Origin: a virus
Taxonomy: Duplodnaviria > Caudoviricetes
IMG/VR virus record: IMGVR_UViG_3300032322_001410
Location: 1-52,354 of that record
Reading direction: 5' to 3' (one strand)
Length of the DNA stretch: 52,354 nucleotides
The first letter of the stretch is position 1. Each line of letters opens with the position of its first letter. Of this stretch, positions 29,101-37,439 are shown piece after piece. The notes under the pieces were generated by a model, which searched no databases, was not told the origin of the DNA, and saw only the letters and a list, made by a program, of their open reading frames with translations. A program made the position numbers and the translations under genes.

Positions 29101-29288
29101 TATACAGTCTCCTCGTTAGTGATATCGTTACCATTTTCATCTTCAATGCTTAGAAGTTCATATTCTTGATAGTCAAGATCACCGTTCAGTGGATCCATTT
29201 CTTCCACTTTTTCATATGCGGTGAGTTCGTTTTCTGCTTCAACCGAAACATAGCAGGTCACAATAGTTTTGAAAATATAAGTTTTCAT
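29100..29288 (-). CDS. hypothetical early protein
   Basis: VEAENE..A.E motif; directly downstream of a consensus promoter. Confidence 0.7.
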   Translation of the reverse strand: MKTYIFKTIVTCYVSVEAENELTAYEKVEEMDPLNGDLDYQEYELLSIEDENGNDITNEETV

Positions 29289-29318
29289 ATCTGATTCCTA
29301 ATCAATCACAATACAGAC

Positions 29319-29347
29319 ATTATATACCCAAACGGATTTATTGTCAA
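29319..29347 (-). promoter_or_regulatory. consensus early sigma70 promoter (repeat copy 3)
   Basis: TTGACA-ATAAATCCGTTTGGGTA-TATAAT; -35 contains the upstream TGA stop. Confidence 0.9.
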
Positions 29348-29559
29348 ACTTTTCTTGAAGGAAATTTGGTACACCATAGACATTTAGTGCTTGCTTTGTT
29401 GTAAAAATAGAAACTAGTGTCAAAAAATTTATTTTTGCAATTTTTGCAAGTAAAAATTTTTAAAGGTATTTCTTTTTCAACAACTTTTGTTGTTTGCTTT
29501 TTAGCAACTTTTTTAGTCGTTGGTTTCTTTGATACTGTAGGTTTTTTTGATGAGGCCAT
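29344..29559 (-). CDS. basic zinc-finger protein
   Basis: Lys-rich N-terminus, CKNC...CLWC. Confidence 0.65.
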   Translation of the reverse strand: MASSKKPTVSKKPTTKKVAKKQTTKVVEKEIPLKIFTCKNCKNKFFDTSFYFYNKASTKCLWCTKFPSRKV

Positions 29560-29683
29560 GTAATCTATCCGCGCAATCTCTTATATCCTCGCTTAACTGT
29601 CCGTTGCCAATTTGTGTTTCAATTAGCCTTGCAATATTATGCAATTCTATAACCGACATGTCCAAACTCTGATAATCCTTCAT
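29513..29683 (-). CDS. 56-aa hypothetical protein (below cutoff)
   Basis: MKDYQSLDMSVIELHNIARLIE..., TAATG-coupled to the upstream ORF. Confidence 0.55.
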   Translation of the reverse strand: MKDYQSLDMSVIELHNIARLIETQIGNGQLSEDIRDCADRLHGLIKKTYSIKETND

Positions 29684-29835
29684 TATTGAAATTCCATTAG
29701 GTCAATCATATCTGCTTCCATTACTGCATCTTGATAGTTAGTTGCATCTAATACTACAACTTCACCGTCAGCAAATTCGGCAACATAAGCATTATAAAGT
29801 TCATCAAACTTAATATCGATAATGAAATTTTCCAT
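29683..29835 (-). CDS. 50-aa acidic hypothetical protein (below cutoff)
   Basis: MENFIIDIKFDELYNAYVAEFADG..., TAATG-coupled on both sides. Confidence 0.6.
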   Translation of the reverse strand: MENFIIDIKFDELYNAYVAEFADGEVVVLDATNYQDAVMEADMIDLMEFQ

Positions 29836-30032
29836 TATAGTTTCCCCTTAATATAAGTAATTACTTCATTGGCTTGTTTCATATCACTTAGTGCTACTGC
29901 CTCTTCAATCATTTGCATATGCATATTATGCAAATCCTCTAAAGTTTTATCAATGATTTGACGTTTACGATTAAGCCCACCGAAGGTGACACGGTAATTA
30001 AAATTTTTGTAATCACCCATAATTAATCCCAA
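29835..30032 (-). CDS. hypothetical protein
   Basis: ORF in a coupled chain. Confidence 0.6.
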   Translation of the reverse strand: MGLIMGDYKNFNYRVTFGGLNRKRQIIDKTLEDLHNMHMQMIEEAVALSDMKQANEVITYIKGKL

Positions 30033-30274
30033 TCTTTCTTGTCACCAAATTTTTCGTTGTCATCATATCCTGCCATGTATTCTGTAATCTCCTCACTTGT
30101 GAGATTGGTTACTCTAGCACCATGTCCAGTACCTTCAGGATACCAATGTGGACTGCGGCTACGTCTGTAATAACTATCAGCACGGCCTCGATCATACAAA
30201 CTACCGTGACGGTCACGTTGAAATTGAGGTTGGTCTTTAAGAATACGAATGATTTTTTCTACTGTGACTTCCAT
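30023..30274 (-). CDS. hypothetical phage protein
   Basis: HGS.YDRG.ADSYY.R...EY..GY motif; GGAG SD. Confidence 0.75.
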   Translation of the reverse strand: MEVTVEKIIRILKDQPQFQRDRHGSLYDRGRADSYYRRSRSPHWYPEGTGHGARVTNLTSEEITEYMAGYDDNEKFGDKKDWD

Positions 30275-30275
30275 A

Positions 30276-30470
30276 TTAGTCTCCTAGATAAACATTCTGA
30301 CGGCGCTCAAGTTCCCATTGACGGTGCAAACGCTTGAGCAACCATTGTGTAAAATCTTTGACTGCGCCGAACTGCTGGACGCACTTCTTGTGATTTTGGC
30401 GAACTACCTTTTCATTTGCAGGATCTTCGCCTAGTGCCTTGAACAGTGATAGTTGCTTTTCTGTTAACAT
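30276..30470 (-). CDS. hypothetical early protein
   Basis: AGGAG SD, downstream of a consensus promoter. Confidence 0.7.
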   Translation of the reverse strand: MLTEKQLSLFKALGEDPANEKVVRQNHKKCVQQFGAVKDFTQWLLKRLHRQWELERRQNVYLGD

Positions 30471-30500
30471 GTATTGCTCCTGTTGATTTACTATAACGAT

Positions 30501-30529
30501 AGTATATCACCAAACGGATTTATTGTCAA
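30501..30529 (-). promoter_or_regulatory. consensus early sigma70 promoter (repeat copy 4)
   Basis: TTGACA-ATAAATCCGTTTGGTGA-TATACT. Confidence 0.88.
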
Positions 30530-30606
30530 CCATTATCCCCTGAGGATTTACTTGCTATTTTAGCAACACCCTGGTTGTACGTGGGGTTTGGAATTTATGA
30601 AACACT

Positions 30607-30849
30607 TTAATAATCAGCAACAATCGTTCCATCATCAAGGGTTTTAACAAAAAGCTTACCGTATGCCCAAGTACCTTCTGTACTATCACGGTAAATAAAC
30701 TTGTAACAAAAATCACCACCATTGGTGATACCCAAAAACTGACGATCCATTACCCGTTCGAACATTGTATAACCAGCATTAGACAGGGCTTGATTGAGGC
30801 CTGCACTTGACAAGTTTGACAATTTGTTAATTTTTTCAGCAGTTATCAT
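30607..30849 (-). CDS. hypothetical protein (start MITAEK)
   Basis: AAGGAGGT SD before ATG 30849. Confidence 0.7.
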   Translation of the reverse strand: MITAEKINKLSNLSSAGLNQALSNAGYTMFERVMDRQFLGITNGGDFCYKFIYRDSTEGTWAYGKLFVKTLDDGTIVADY

Positions 30850-30860
30850 TTTGGACCTCC

Positions 30861-31178
30861 TTATGCCCAAACAAGTTCTTTTGCTGGAAATTCAATCTTA
30901 CCTTCGTACTCAAGTTGGTCACGCTCAAACTGTGTGAGGTAGTCATCGTCAACCAACTCCCAATCAACGATAGTTTCAGTAAAATAATCGTTGGCTTTCT
31001 CAATTTGGTCACGCAGAGCCATTACAGCGGTAGTGGCTTCTTCTTGATCCCAAATACCAGTGACTACGTATTCATCACCACCCTTCGCTTTCCAATATGC
31101 ATCGGGACCTTTACCGATAGTACCATCTTCGTTCCATGCATAGTTTTCGTAAACTTGGGTGTAAATGACTACTTTCAT
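30861..31178 (-). CDS. hypothetical early protein (start MKVVIYTQ)
   Basis: TQ..ENY...YWK.KGG..Y motif; AGGAG SD; the ORF-track extension is the promoter. Confidence 0.75.
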   Translation of the reverse strand: MKVVIYTQVYENYAWNEDGTIGKGPDAYWKAKGGDEYVVTGIWDQEEATTAVMALRDQIEKANDYFTETIVDWELVDDDYLTQFERDQLEYEGKIEFPAKELVWA

Positions 31179-31208
31179 ATTGTGCTCCTGTTGTTTGACT
31201 ATACCGAT

Positions 31209-31237
31209 ATTATAGCAAAGTTTGGATTTATTGTCAA
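31209..31237 (-). promoter_or_regulatory. consensus early sigma70 promoter (repeat copy 5)
   Basis: TTGACA-ATAAATCCAAACTTTGC-TATAAT. Confidence 0.9.
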
Positions 31238-31250
31238 CCAAAAAGTGTTA

Positions 31251-31481
31251 TCAATCTAGCAACGTCATGTAAGCTTCTGCATTATTCTCAATGAACCAAT
31301 TGATGCCCTTACGAACACCGTTGTAATCACCCAACATTTCGCAGCCCTTAAGATAGTCATAAACTGCAACTTCCTCAGGGGTTAGTACGCAGGTCTCACC
31401 CGAGAACGGATTACGAACTTCAACAGGTGCTTCGTCCATAATTGCGATACCGGGGAAAAGTTGAAAAATTGACTTAGACAT
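31251..31481 (-). CDS. hypothetical early protein
   Basis: NPFSGE...LT.EE.AVYD...G.E...AYMTLLD; AAGGAG SD. Confidence 0.8.
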   Translation of the reverse strand: MSKSIFQLFPGIAIMDEAPVEVRNPFSGETCVLTPEEVAVYDYLKGCEMLGDYNGVRKGINWFIENNAEAYMTLLD

Positions 31482-31511
31482 TTATTACTCCTTGTTATTG
31501 ACTATACCGTT

Positions 31512-31540
31512 ATTATATGACCGTTTGGATTTATTGTCAA
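31512..31540 (-). promoter_or_regulatory. consensus early sigma70 promoter (repeat copy 6)
   Basis: TTGACA-ATAAATCCAAACGGTCA-TATAAT. Confidence 0.9.
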
Positions 31541-31542
31541 CC

Positions 31543-31571
31543 AAAAAAATAGCCCCTTTCGGAGCCATTTT
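31543..31571 (-). terminator. intrinsic terminator
   Basis: ATGGCTCC-GAAA-GGGGCTAT followed by a T-run, just upstream of promoter copy 6. Confidence 0.8.
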
Positions 31572-31587
31572 GTTGTCATTTTGCTAA

Positions 31588-31857
31588 TTACTTTTTAGCA
31601 ACATTATTACTTTGGTTTACAAAATCATACATTTTTTGTGCGGTTTCTAAAACCTTGTCAAGACCAGGATACTCGGGCATACCTACTTTAGTGACTAGAT
31701 TGCCTTTGTCATCTTTTTGCTGAGATACTTCCCAGCCCATATACTTTGCATGAAACTCTTCACCAACTAATTGCTTAGCCATTGTTAGAATTTCTGTACG
31801 AATTTCATAACCGTTTTTATTGAATTTTACTTCTGGTAGTTTTGTAAACTCTGTCAT
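31588..31857 (-). CDS. hypothetical phage protein
   Basis: NGYEIR.EIL.MAK...P....VL..A..MY.FV; GGAG SD. Confidence 0.75.
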   Translation of the reverse strand: MTEFTKLPEVKFNKNGYEIRTEILTMAKQLVGEEFHAKYMGWEVSQQKDDKGNLVTKVGMPEYPGLDKVLETAQKMYDFVNQSNNVAKK

Positions 31858-31877
31858 GTTAGTCTCCGTAATTATAA

Positions 31878-32153
31878 TTAAGCTGCACTACTTGCTTTTT
31901 TACTTTGTTTTTGAAATAGCTTGTCTGTAGTTGTTTCGGTTACAAATTTTGCCATGTCCATTGTGTTACTAACCAAAACTTTTGCAAATGCAGTTTGCGC
32001 ATCGATATATGTATTCACCGCTTTGTTTAGTGTTTTGTCTAAAATAACTTTGTCTGTTATTAATTTTTGACTATTATGGAAACTATCAATATAAAACTCA
32101 GGTGAGTAAAAATTGCTTAGATAGTTGTTATCTGAATTGTAAATGTTAAACAT
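31878..32153 (-). CDS. amphipathic helical protein (possibly phasin-like)
   Basis: AAGGAG SD; YID.F...QK, YIDAQT.FAK helices; family call tentative. Confidence 0.5.
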   Translation of the reverse strand: MFNIYNSDNNYLSNFYSPEFYIDSFHNSQKLITDKVILDKTLNKAVNTYIDAQTAFAKVLVSNTMDMAKFVTETTTDKLFQKQSKKASSAA

Positions 32154-32226
32154 CGTTTTCTCCTTGTCTGTGTGTAAAAGTGAGGTTTTTACAGAACCTC
32201 ATAACTGTAAAACTATTTATGCTATG

Positions 32227-32403
32227 TTACTTTTTGCTGCTTTTTTTGCTTGCTTTTTTGGGTTGTTCTGCTGGCTTGCTATGATCCTTCTTTTTAGCTA
32301 ACATTAGATTACCCTTTTTGACTGGTGCATTTGGTGTGTCTGCTGCAAATACTGGCGGCACTGTTAGTATTGAAACTAGTGCTAATATTACTAAGTAGTT
32401 CAT
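32227..32403 (-). CDS. 58-aa secreted Lys-rich peptide (below cutoff)
   Basis: MNYLVILALVSILTVPPVFA signal peptide; ATGA overlap with the upstream ORF. Confidence 0.6.
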   Translation of the reverse strand: MNYLVILALVSILTVPPVFAADTPNAPVKKGNLMLAKKKDHSKPAEQPKKASKKSSKK

Positions 32404-32558
32404 CTTCCTCTCCCTGTTTTCCTCACTACATTTGCCCCACTAAATCCTTTATTTGGTTTAGGGCTTTTTGCTGGCTGCTGATTAGAGAAACTATTATTTT
32501 TCTTTGCAGCATTAGCCATATTTATGAATGGATTTTTACTTTTCTTTTCTTCTGACAT
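32400..32558 (-). CDS. 52-aa basic peptide (below cutoff)
   Basis: MSEEKKSKNPFINMANAAKK...RKTGRGR fills the gap in the minus-strand operon. Confidence 0.6.
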   Translation of the reverse strand: MSEEKKSKNPFINMANAAKKNNSFSNQQPAKSPKPNKGFSGANVVRKTGRGR

Positions 32559-32559
32559 A

Positions 32560-32958
32560 TTACACCTTTATAGAATTTAAATAAGATTCTAAGTCTCCAT
32601 ACAAGTTTAACATCATAGAAATTCTACTGTCATAAAGTCTTATGTAGGGTTTTTTCTCTGCATTGTCTACGTCAAGATAGTATGGACATTTAATTTTCTT
32701 TTCTATTTCTAACACAAATTGATAGTAATTTGATTTTATTAGATTTTTAAAACTTAGTATGTGTGTATAACTTTCTAATTTTGCATATCTAAATTCTAAA
32801 TCACCCACAAGTGTTAGTCTTAGTCCACCATCTTTTCTTGGGTTAGCCCACCAAGACTGCATAGCTCTTTCATAGTTCCAATATGTTTTGTCAGCATATT
32901 CTAATACTAACTTTGTAACTTGTTCTTTGTAGCGATACCTATTCATCTGGATAAACAC
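32560..32958 (-). CDS. hypothetical protein
   Basis: WW.NPR..GGLRLT..G motif; operon packing. Confidence 0.7.
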   Translation of the reverse strand: MFIQMNRYRYKEQVTKLVLEYADKTYWNYERAMQSWWANPRKDGGLRLTLVGDLEFRYAKLESYTHILSFKNLIKSNYYQFVLEIEKKIKCPYYLDVDNAEKKPYIRLYDSRISMMLNLYGDLESYLNSIKV

Positions 32959-33232
32959 GTGTCCCGTTATTCATAAACACGACACTAAACTTATCAGTTT
33001 TAAATTGTGCGTTTAGTTTACGACACAGATTTCTTGCATGGCCTGGATTACTAAAACTTGTTTTTTTATACTTAGGAACTGCCTCATTATCTAAGTAATG
33101 TTGGCTTTTAAAGTTAATTGGTTGCCCGTCATAGAACACTGCCCATATACCTGCTGCTTCAACTATTTGATCGCATTTATATGTTTGTTTGTCAACAATT
33201 TCTAAAATAACTTTGGGCTGTGTTCTACTCAT
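32939..33232 (-). CDS. conserved hypothetical phage protein
   Basis: WAVFY.G.P, KYKKTSFSNPGHA.NL..KLN. Confidence 0.75.
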   Translation of the reverse strand: MSRTQPKVILEIVDKQTYKCDQIVEAAGIWAVFYDGQPINFKSQHYLDNEAVPKYKKTSFSNPGHARNLCRKLNAQFKTDKFSVVFMNNGTRVYPDE

Positions 33233-33235
33233 TGT

Positions 33236-33424
33236 TTACCATTTTCCACCATTCACTACTATTTCAACAACTTCGTCTGATTGTGGTTTTTGCTGCTTGT
33301 CCAATATCAATTTCATTACTTCATCACGTAATTCTTTGGCTTCGGTAATGGGCATTAAAACTTCTCTTAACTGTCTACCCTCAGCATTAGCTACCCGATC
33401 AATAAATTTCTTAATTTGGCTCAT
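33236..33424 (-). CDS. hypothetical protein
   Basis: TAAATA 4 nt before ATG; ends GGKW. Confidence 0.7.
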   Translation of the reverse strand: MSQIKKFIDRVANAEGRQLREVLMPITEAKELRDEVMKLILDKQQKPQSDEVVEIVVNGGKW

Positions 33425-33876
33425 AGACTATTTATGCTATTATTTACTTCCTCATTTGTCATAAATGGACCAAAATATTCGTATCTTTGGACAAAGATAT
33501 ACTTAGGACAAAATACGGGAACAAACTTGTCATTCTGTTTAATAGCGAACCAGCCCGCTACATGATAGCATTTGCTTTTGGCGGTCTTAGTAAAGACATG
33601 CAATTTTCTCTTAACATCATAATAATTATTATGAGTTCTGTTTGTAGTTGGGTAAACAGCAAAAGAAGGGTTAGTCTGTGTGTTAGGTTTTTCAATTTTT
33701 TCAAAAACTATTTTTTTAGTTTTTTCAATTTCTTTTGTGTTTGTGTATGTCTCTTTTTTATTATCTAAAATAACTTTATAGTCACTACCTTCGTGAATAA
33801 CATTACCTACTTTTTTCTTTCCGTCAGTGACTACCCAATATTCATTCTTGATAATAGGTTTTGCAGTTAAATTCAT
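33421..33876 (-). CDS. hypothetical protein
   Basis: GGAGG SD; FTKT.KSK...AGW...FCPK...Y.Y.GPF. Confidence 0.75.
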   Translation of the reverse strand: MNLTAKPIIKNEYWVVTDGKKKVGNVIHEGSDYKVILDNKKETYTNTKEIEKTKKIVFEKIEKPNTQTNPSFAVYPTTNRTHNNYYDVKRKLHVFTKTAKSKCYHVAGWFAIKQNDKFVPVFCPKYIFVQRYEYFGPFMTNEEVNNSINSL

Positions 33877-33894
33877 TTATCCTCCTAATTACAA

Positions 33895-34905
33895 TTATGT
33901 TTGATTTGTTTCTAGTTGCCCTAAATAAGGTGCATTCAACCATTTTGCATAAGTTTCTGCTTGTTCTGAAATTTTAGTGAGTTCGTATTTGCCGCAGAAT
34001 TTTAGAAATTGCGCGCCAACTTGTGGAGTCACTGTTTTCCTAACACCTTCACGTATCGCATTATCAACCTTTTGTTTGATATCGTCTGGTTGTGCATTTA
34101 AATCAATTAGTATACGATTACGTTCATAATCGTCACGCACTCTATGTTCTACATTATCATGATCTACCCAACGTTGCAACATTAGATTATTCCAAACAAA
34201 TCCTTGTTGATGCCTATCTTGATATGCCTCTGTCAAGCCTACTTTGTTTTTACTACCTTTTGTTCTAACACCAGGATATGCACTAAACACATTATCAGTT
34301 GCATCACCTCGCATACATTTCTCAAATAACAAAAACTCTGGATCACCTAATAGTTTAGGCTCTTTTGTTTTTTTGTCTATAACTTGACGCCCCTTATCGT
34401 CAAGGTATCCTTGGGGGGTGAGGAGTTGATTGGTAATCCCGTTATATTGGTAGACACGATCAGATATAAGCTGGTTATAATCAGTGTCGCTAGAAATAAT
34501 ATATATTTGATCATTTGGATGTAAAGTAATAAAACGTGCGATAATGTCATCTGCTTCAGCATTCTCATGTCGTATAACTGAAACGTTAGTTTTTTCACGA
34601 AGGTAATTGGTAAACAATTCATATGTTTCCCAAAACATGGTATTTTCTTCTTGCTCTGCCTCAGTCATTGCTTGTTGCGCTACTGCACGATTCGCTTTGT
34701 AAGGCTTGTAAAACTCCTTACGCCACGATCTTCCCTCCAGTGCAAATACTGAGTGGTCAATTCCATATTTACGAACAACTTGATTTACACTTGCAAATGT
34801 AAGATGCAATGCCATTCCAATTTTTTCCCACGTATCTGAATTTCGGCTAGCAACGTGTCGTGCGCGGAAAAAAGTATTTGCTGTGTCTATGAGTGCGTAG
34901 TTCAT
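33895..34905 (-). CDS. 5'-3' exonuclease / T4 RNase H-like flap nuclease
   Basis: LID..N, SWRK..Y..YK.NR, EADD, SSD.D..QL, GD..DN. Confidence 0.9.
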   Translation of the reverse strand: MNYALIDTANTFFRARHVASRNSDTWEKIGMALHLTFASVNQVVRKYGIDHSVFALEGRSWRKEFYKPYKANRAVAQQAMTEAEQEENTMFWETYELFTNYLREKTNVSVIRHENAEADDIIARFITLHPNDQIYIISSDTDYNQLISDRVYQYNGITNQLLTPQGYLDDKGRQVIDKKTKEPKLLGDPEFLLFEKCMRGDATDNVFSAYPGVRTKGSKNKVGLTEAYQDRHQQGFVWNNLMLQRWVDHDNVEHRVRDDYERNRILIDLNAQPDDIKQKVDNAIREGVRKTVTPQVGAQFLKFCGKYELTKISEQAETYAKWLNAPYLGQLETNQT

Positions 34906-34984
34906 ACGGAAAAGTATATATGAAGTTAATATACGTATAATATACTACTATTTTGAGTAAAAAGCAATACTTTTGGGTATAAAT

Positions 34985-35395
34985 TTAACCTACCTCAGTC
35001 CTACCGTTTCCGATATCTTTGGAGTATATGGAACGCATGTTTCTATAGTCTGGGTCGGCCTCTTTTTGGTCATATAGTTCTAAAGCCACATTTCTACAGG
35101 TATTGGTAAACCAACGTTCTACTATCTCTTTATCTGTATCTGAATCTTTAAATTTATAGCCTGCCCTAATTAGGTTGATAACAAATTTTTCGTTCCAATC
35201 TAATTCAAACGCACCATCATTAATATTGTCTGGATTTATTTCAATACTAATTATGCCTACGTAAGGTTCGCCCGCTAATGTGGCTTTTTCTTTTTCAGAG
35301 AGTATCTTTTCTTTTTTTGGTTTAGGTTCTTTTTTTGGTTCTACTTTAACTGGCTCTTCAGGCTTCGCAAAGTATTTTTTTATCTTGTTTAACAT
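34985..35395 (-). CDS. conserved hypothetical phage protein
   Basis: GAGGAG SD before MLNKIK; KE.AT..GEPY, G.FELDWN..F..L..AGY. Confidence 0.7.
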   Translation of the reverse strand: MLNKIKKYFAKPEEPVKVEPKKEPKPKKEKILSEKEKATLAGEPYVGIISIEINPDNINDGAFELDWNEKFVINLIRAGYKFKDSDTDKEIVERWFTNTCRNVALELYDQKEADPDYRNMRSIYSKDIGNGRTEVG

Positions 35396-36410
35396 TTTTA
35401 CTCTCCTCATATAATGCAAAGCTTGCTAGATTTTTAGCCTTGCTTTCGCACATGATATCAAATTTATTATTAAAACTCAATGCCCATTCATTACATGCCT
35501 TGTTCCAATAATAATCGCTGTGCGCTCGTAATTTTTGTTTATTAAAACCTTGTTCCTTTAATGTAACCATGCAGGGCATAGCACTAGAGTCATGTCCAAT
35601 CAGTATATCTTCTCTAGATACGGAGTAGTGCATAGCAGGACGGACACCGCGCCAGCTATCAAGAACCCGTGCAACTCGGGAATCATCAGGAGTGATATAT
35701 TCCCCCTCACGAATCCAATGATGATGAATGTCAAGTACAATAGGTAGCAGATCGCCAAGGCTGAGACAATCATCCAATCCATAACTCATCTCCTCGTTTT
35801 CGATAGTGATACCATTCCTTGCTTCAGGGCTAAGTCTTTTGTAGGCTTCTCTGATACCTTGTGGACCTTGCCTACCGCTGATGTGGACATTGATTTTAAT
35901 GTCCTGAAACGCAGAGCCGTAGCCCATCCATCTTGCCATATCCGCATGATACTCAAACTCCTCTATAGATTTATTTACTACCTCAGGACGATCACTTGCA
36001 AGAACTACAAATTGATCAGGGTGAAAACTAACACGTACATCATTACTACGGGCAGTCTCGCCTAGTGGCTTGAACCAGTGTTCAAGTTGTTTTTGAATAT
36101 CACTAGATTTCCAAAAGCCCTGCCAATCTTCATGTGTATAGAAACTTAGCATGTCACTGGTAATACGCAACATACGCAATTCGTTGGGTAGTGTGGCTAC
36201 CTTTTTGATAAGCGCATGAGTATTCATGATATTGCGTTTAGCAACATCAATGATTTTTTCTTCCGCTACTCTACGACTTTGACGATTAGCCCATGCCATA
36301 GTGGTACCGCCAGTGTTCAGTCCTTCAACGCTAGCAATCTCACCCTTTTTGTTAATCTCTGCAAACTTGCAAGCAAAGCCGATGCGATTTACATTTTGGT
36401 TAAATGTCAT
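35358..36410 (-). CDS. uvsE: UV damage endonuclease (UvdE/UvsE)
   Basis: RIGFAC, R.SFHP.QF.VL, N.H, IEN.E, VLDIHHH, HYS, AHSD, DIMCE.K.K. Confidence 0.92.
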   Translation of the reverse strand: MTFNQNVNRIGFACKFAEINKKGEIASVEGLNTGGTTMAWANRQSRRVAEEKIIDVAKRNIMNTHALIKKVATLPNELRMLRITSDMLSFYTHEDWQGFWKSSDIQKQLEHWFKPLGETARSNDVRVSFHPDQFVVLASDRPEVVNKSIEEFEYHADMARWMGYGSAFQDIKINVHISGRQGPQGIREAYKRLSPEARNGITIENEEMSYGLDDCLSLGDLLPIVLDIHHHWIREGEYITPDDSRVARVLDSWRGVRPAMHYSVSREDILIGHDSSAMPCMVTLKEQGFNKQKLRAHSDYYWNKACNEWALSFNNKFDIMCESKAKNLASFALYEESKNVKQDKKILCEA

Positions 36411-36625
36411 AGATATTTTAATTTTAAGTAAGTTTCAAATTTAGAATCTTCAGTTGTTAACATCCAGATACCTTGTGTTCTTTTTACTTCCCAACCTTCG
36501 CCACCAAATCTATTATGAAAATAATATCTTCTTGGTGATATGTTTTTTCGACACCACCAATCTATAATACTTAAGTCAGAATAAGGCACAGATATCATTG
36601 TACAATATTTTTTAATTATTGTCAA
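36407..36625 (-). CDS. hypothetical protein
   Basis: ORF overlapping both neighbours. Confidence 0.6.
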   Translation of the reverse strand: MTIIKKYCTMISVPYSDLSIIDWWCRKNISPRRYYFHNRFGGEGWEVKRTQGIWMLTTEDSKFETYLKLKYL

Positions 36626-37439
36626 TTTTTAGCAAATCCTCTAGAGAATATAGCTTATTCATGTATTTGCTAGGAGTATCCAAAACACTAGATTCCATAT
36701 CGCCCGGCCTTCTAGAACCATATTTTGTTTCAAATTTAACATTGTTTGTTTCTTTGAAAAGATTTACCATTTCTAATACAGTATGACCTTTACCATGACC
36801 CAAATGTTCGATAGAATTACTTGGCTTTTCTACTGCATACATTAAAGCAGTGCATATTTCGTTTACATGAACATAATCACGCACACAAGTGCCATCCTTT
36901 GTGTTGTAGTCATCACCAAAAATAGTAAAGTAACCAATATTGGGTGCTAACTTTAAATTGTAAAACAAACCATCAGGATTAGTGGGTTCAACAACATTAC
37001 CTCCTATGATATTAAAAAATCTGAAAATAGTATAATCAATGTTATTGCTCTTACAATGTGCTAGCACACAATCTTCTGCTGCACGTTTACTTAAACCATA
37101 TGGGCTAACCATACCCACTGCTGCACCAGTACTAGCAAAAATAAAGTTTTTTGTTTTAATTCCATTCAAAACATTTACAGTACCGTTAATGTTTGTTGTA
37201 TAATAATTACTAGGTTTATATACACTTTCACTTACATTTACTAACGCTGCAAGATGAATGACCGCATCAAATTCTATATCGATACCAATTGGCATTCTAA
37301 TATCTACATTCACAAAGTTTTTAGTTTCTATTTTTGGCTCTTGAAAATCCAAACAATACACTTCATGTTTATGTTTTTCTAACATAACCTGTAAGTGTGA
37401 GCCAATATATCCTGAACTACCTGTAATTAAAATTTTCAT
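36612..37439 (-). CDS. NAD-dependent NDP-sugar epimerase/dehydratase (GalE-like)
   Basis: GSSGYIG, HLAA, ASTG, YGLSK, DGTCVRDYVHV, RRPGD. Confidence 0.9.
   Translation of the reverse strand: MKILITGSSGYIGSHLQVMLEKHKHEVYCLDFQEPKIETKNFVNVDIRMPIGIDIEFDAVIHLAALVNVSESVYKPSNYYTTNINGTVNVLNGIKTKNFIFASTGAAVGMVSPYGLSKRAAEDCVLAHCKSNNIDYTIFRFFNIIGGNVVEPTNPDGLFYNLKLAPNIGYFTIFGDDYNTKDGTCVRDYVHVNEICTALMYAVEKPSNSIEHLGHGKGHTVLEMVNLFKETNNVKFETKYGSRRPGDMESSVLDTPSKYMNKLYSLEDLLKIDNN

Noticed and set aside
30530-30606. Intergenic TTGCTA/TAGCAA palindrome upstream of promoter copy 4
   Set aside because: Short, single copy; cannot distinguish an operator from chance.
29319-31540. Repeated motif as a CRISPR array or attachment sites
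   Set aside because: Spacing is irregular (hundreds of bp), whole genes lie between copies, and the repeat is a sigma70 consensus; no cas or integrase in the window.
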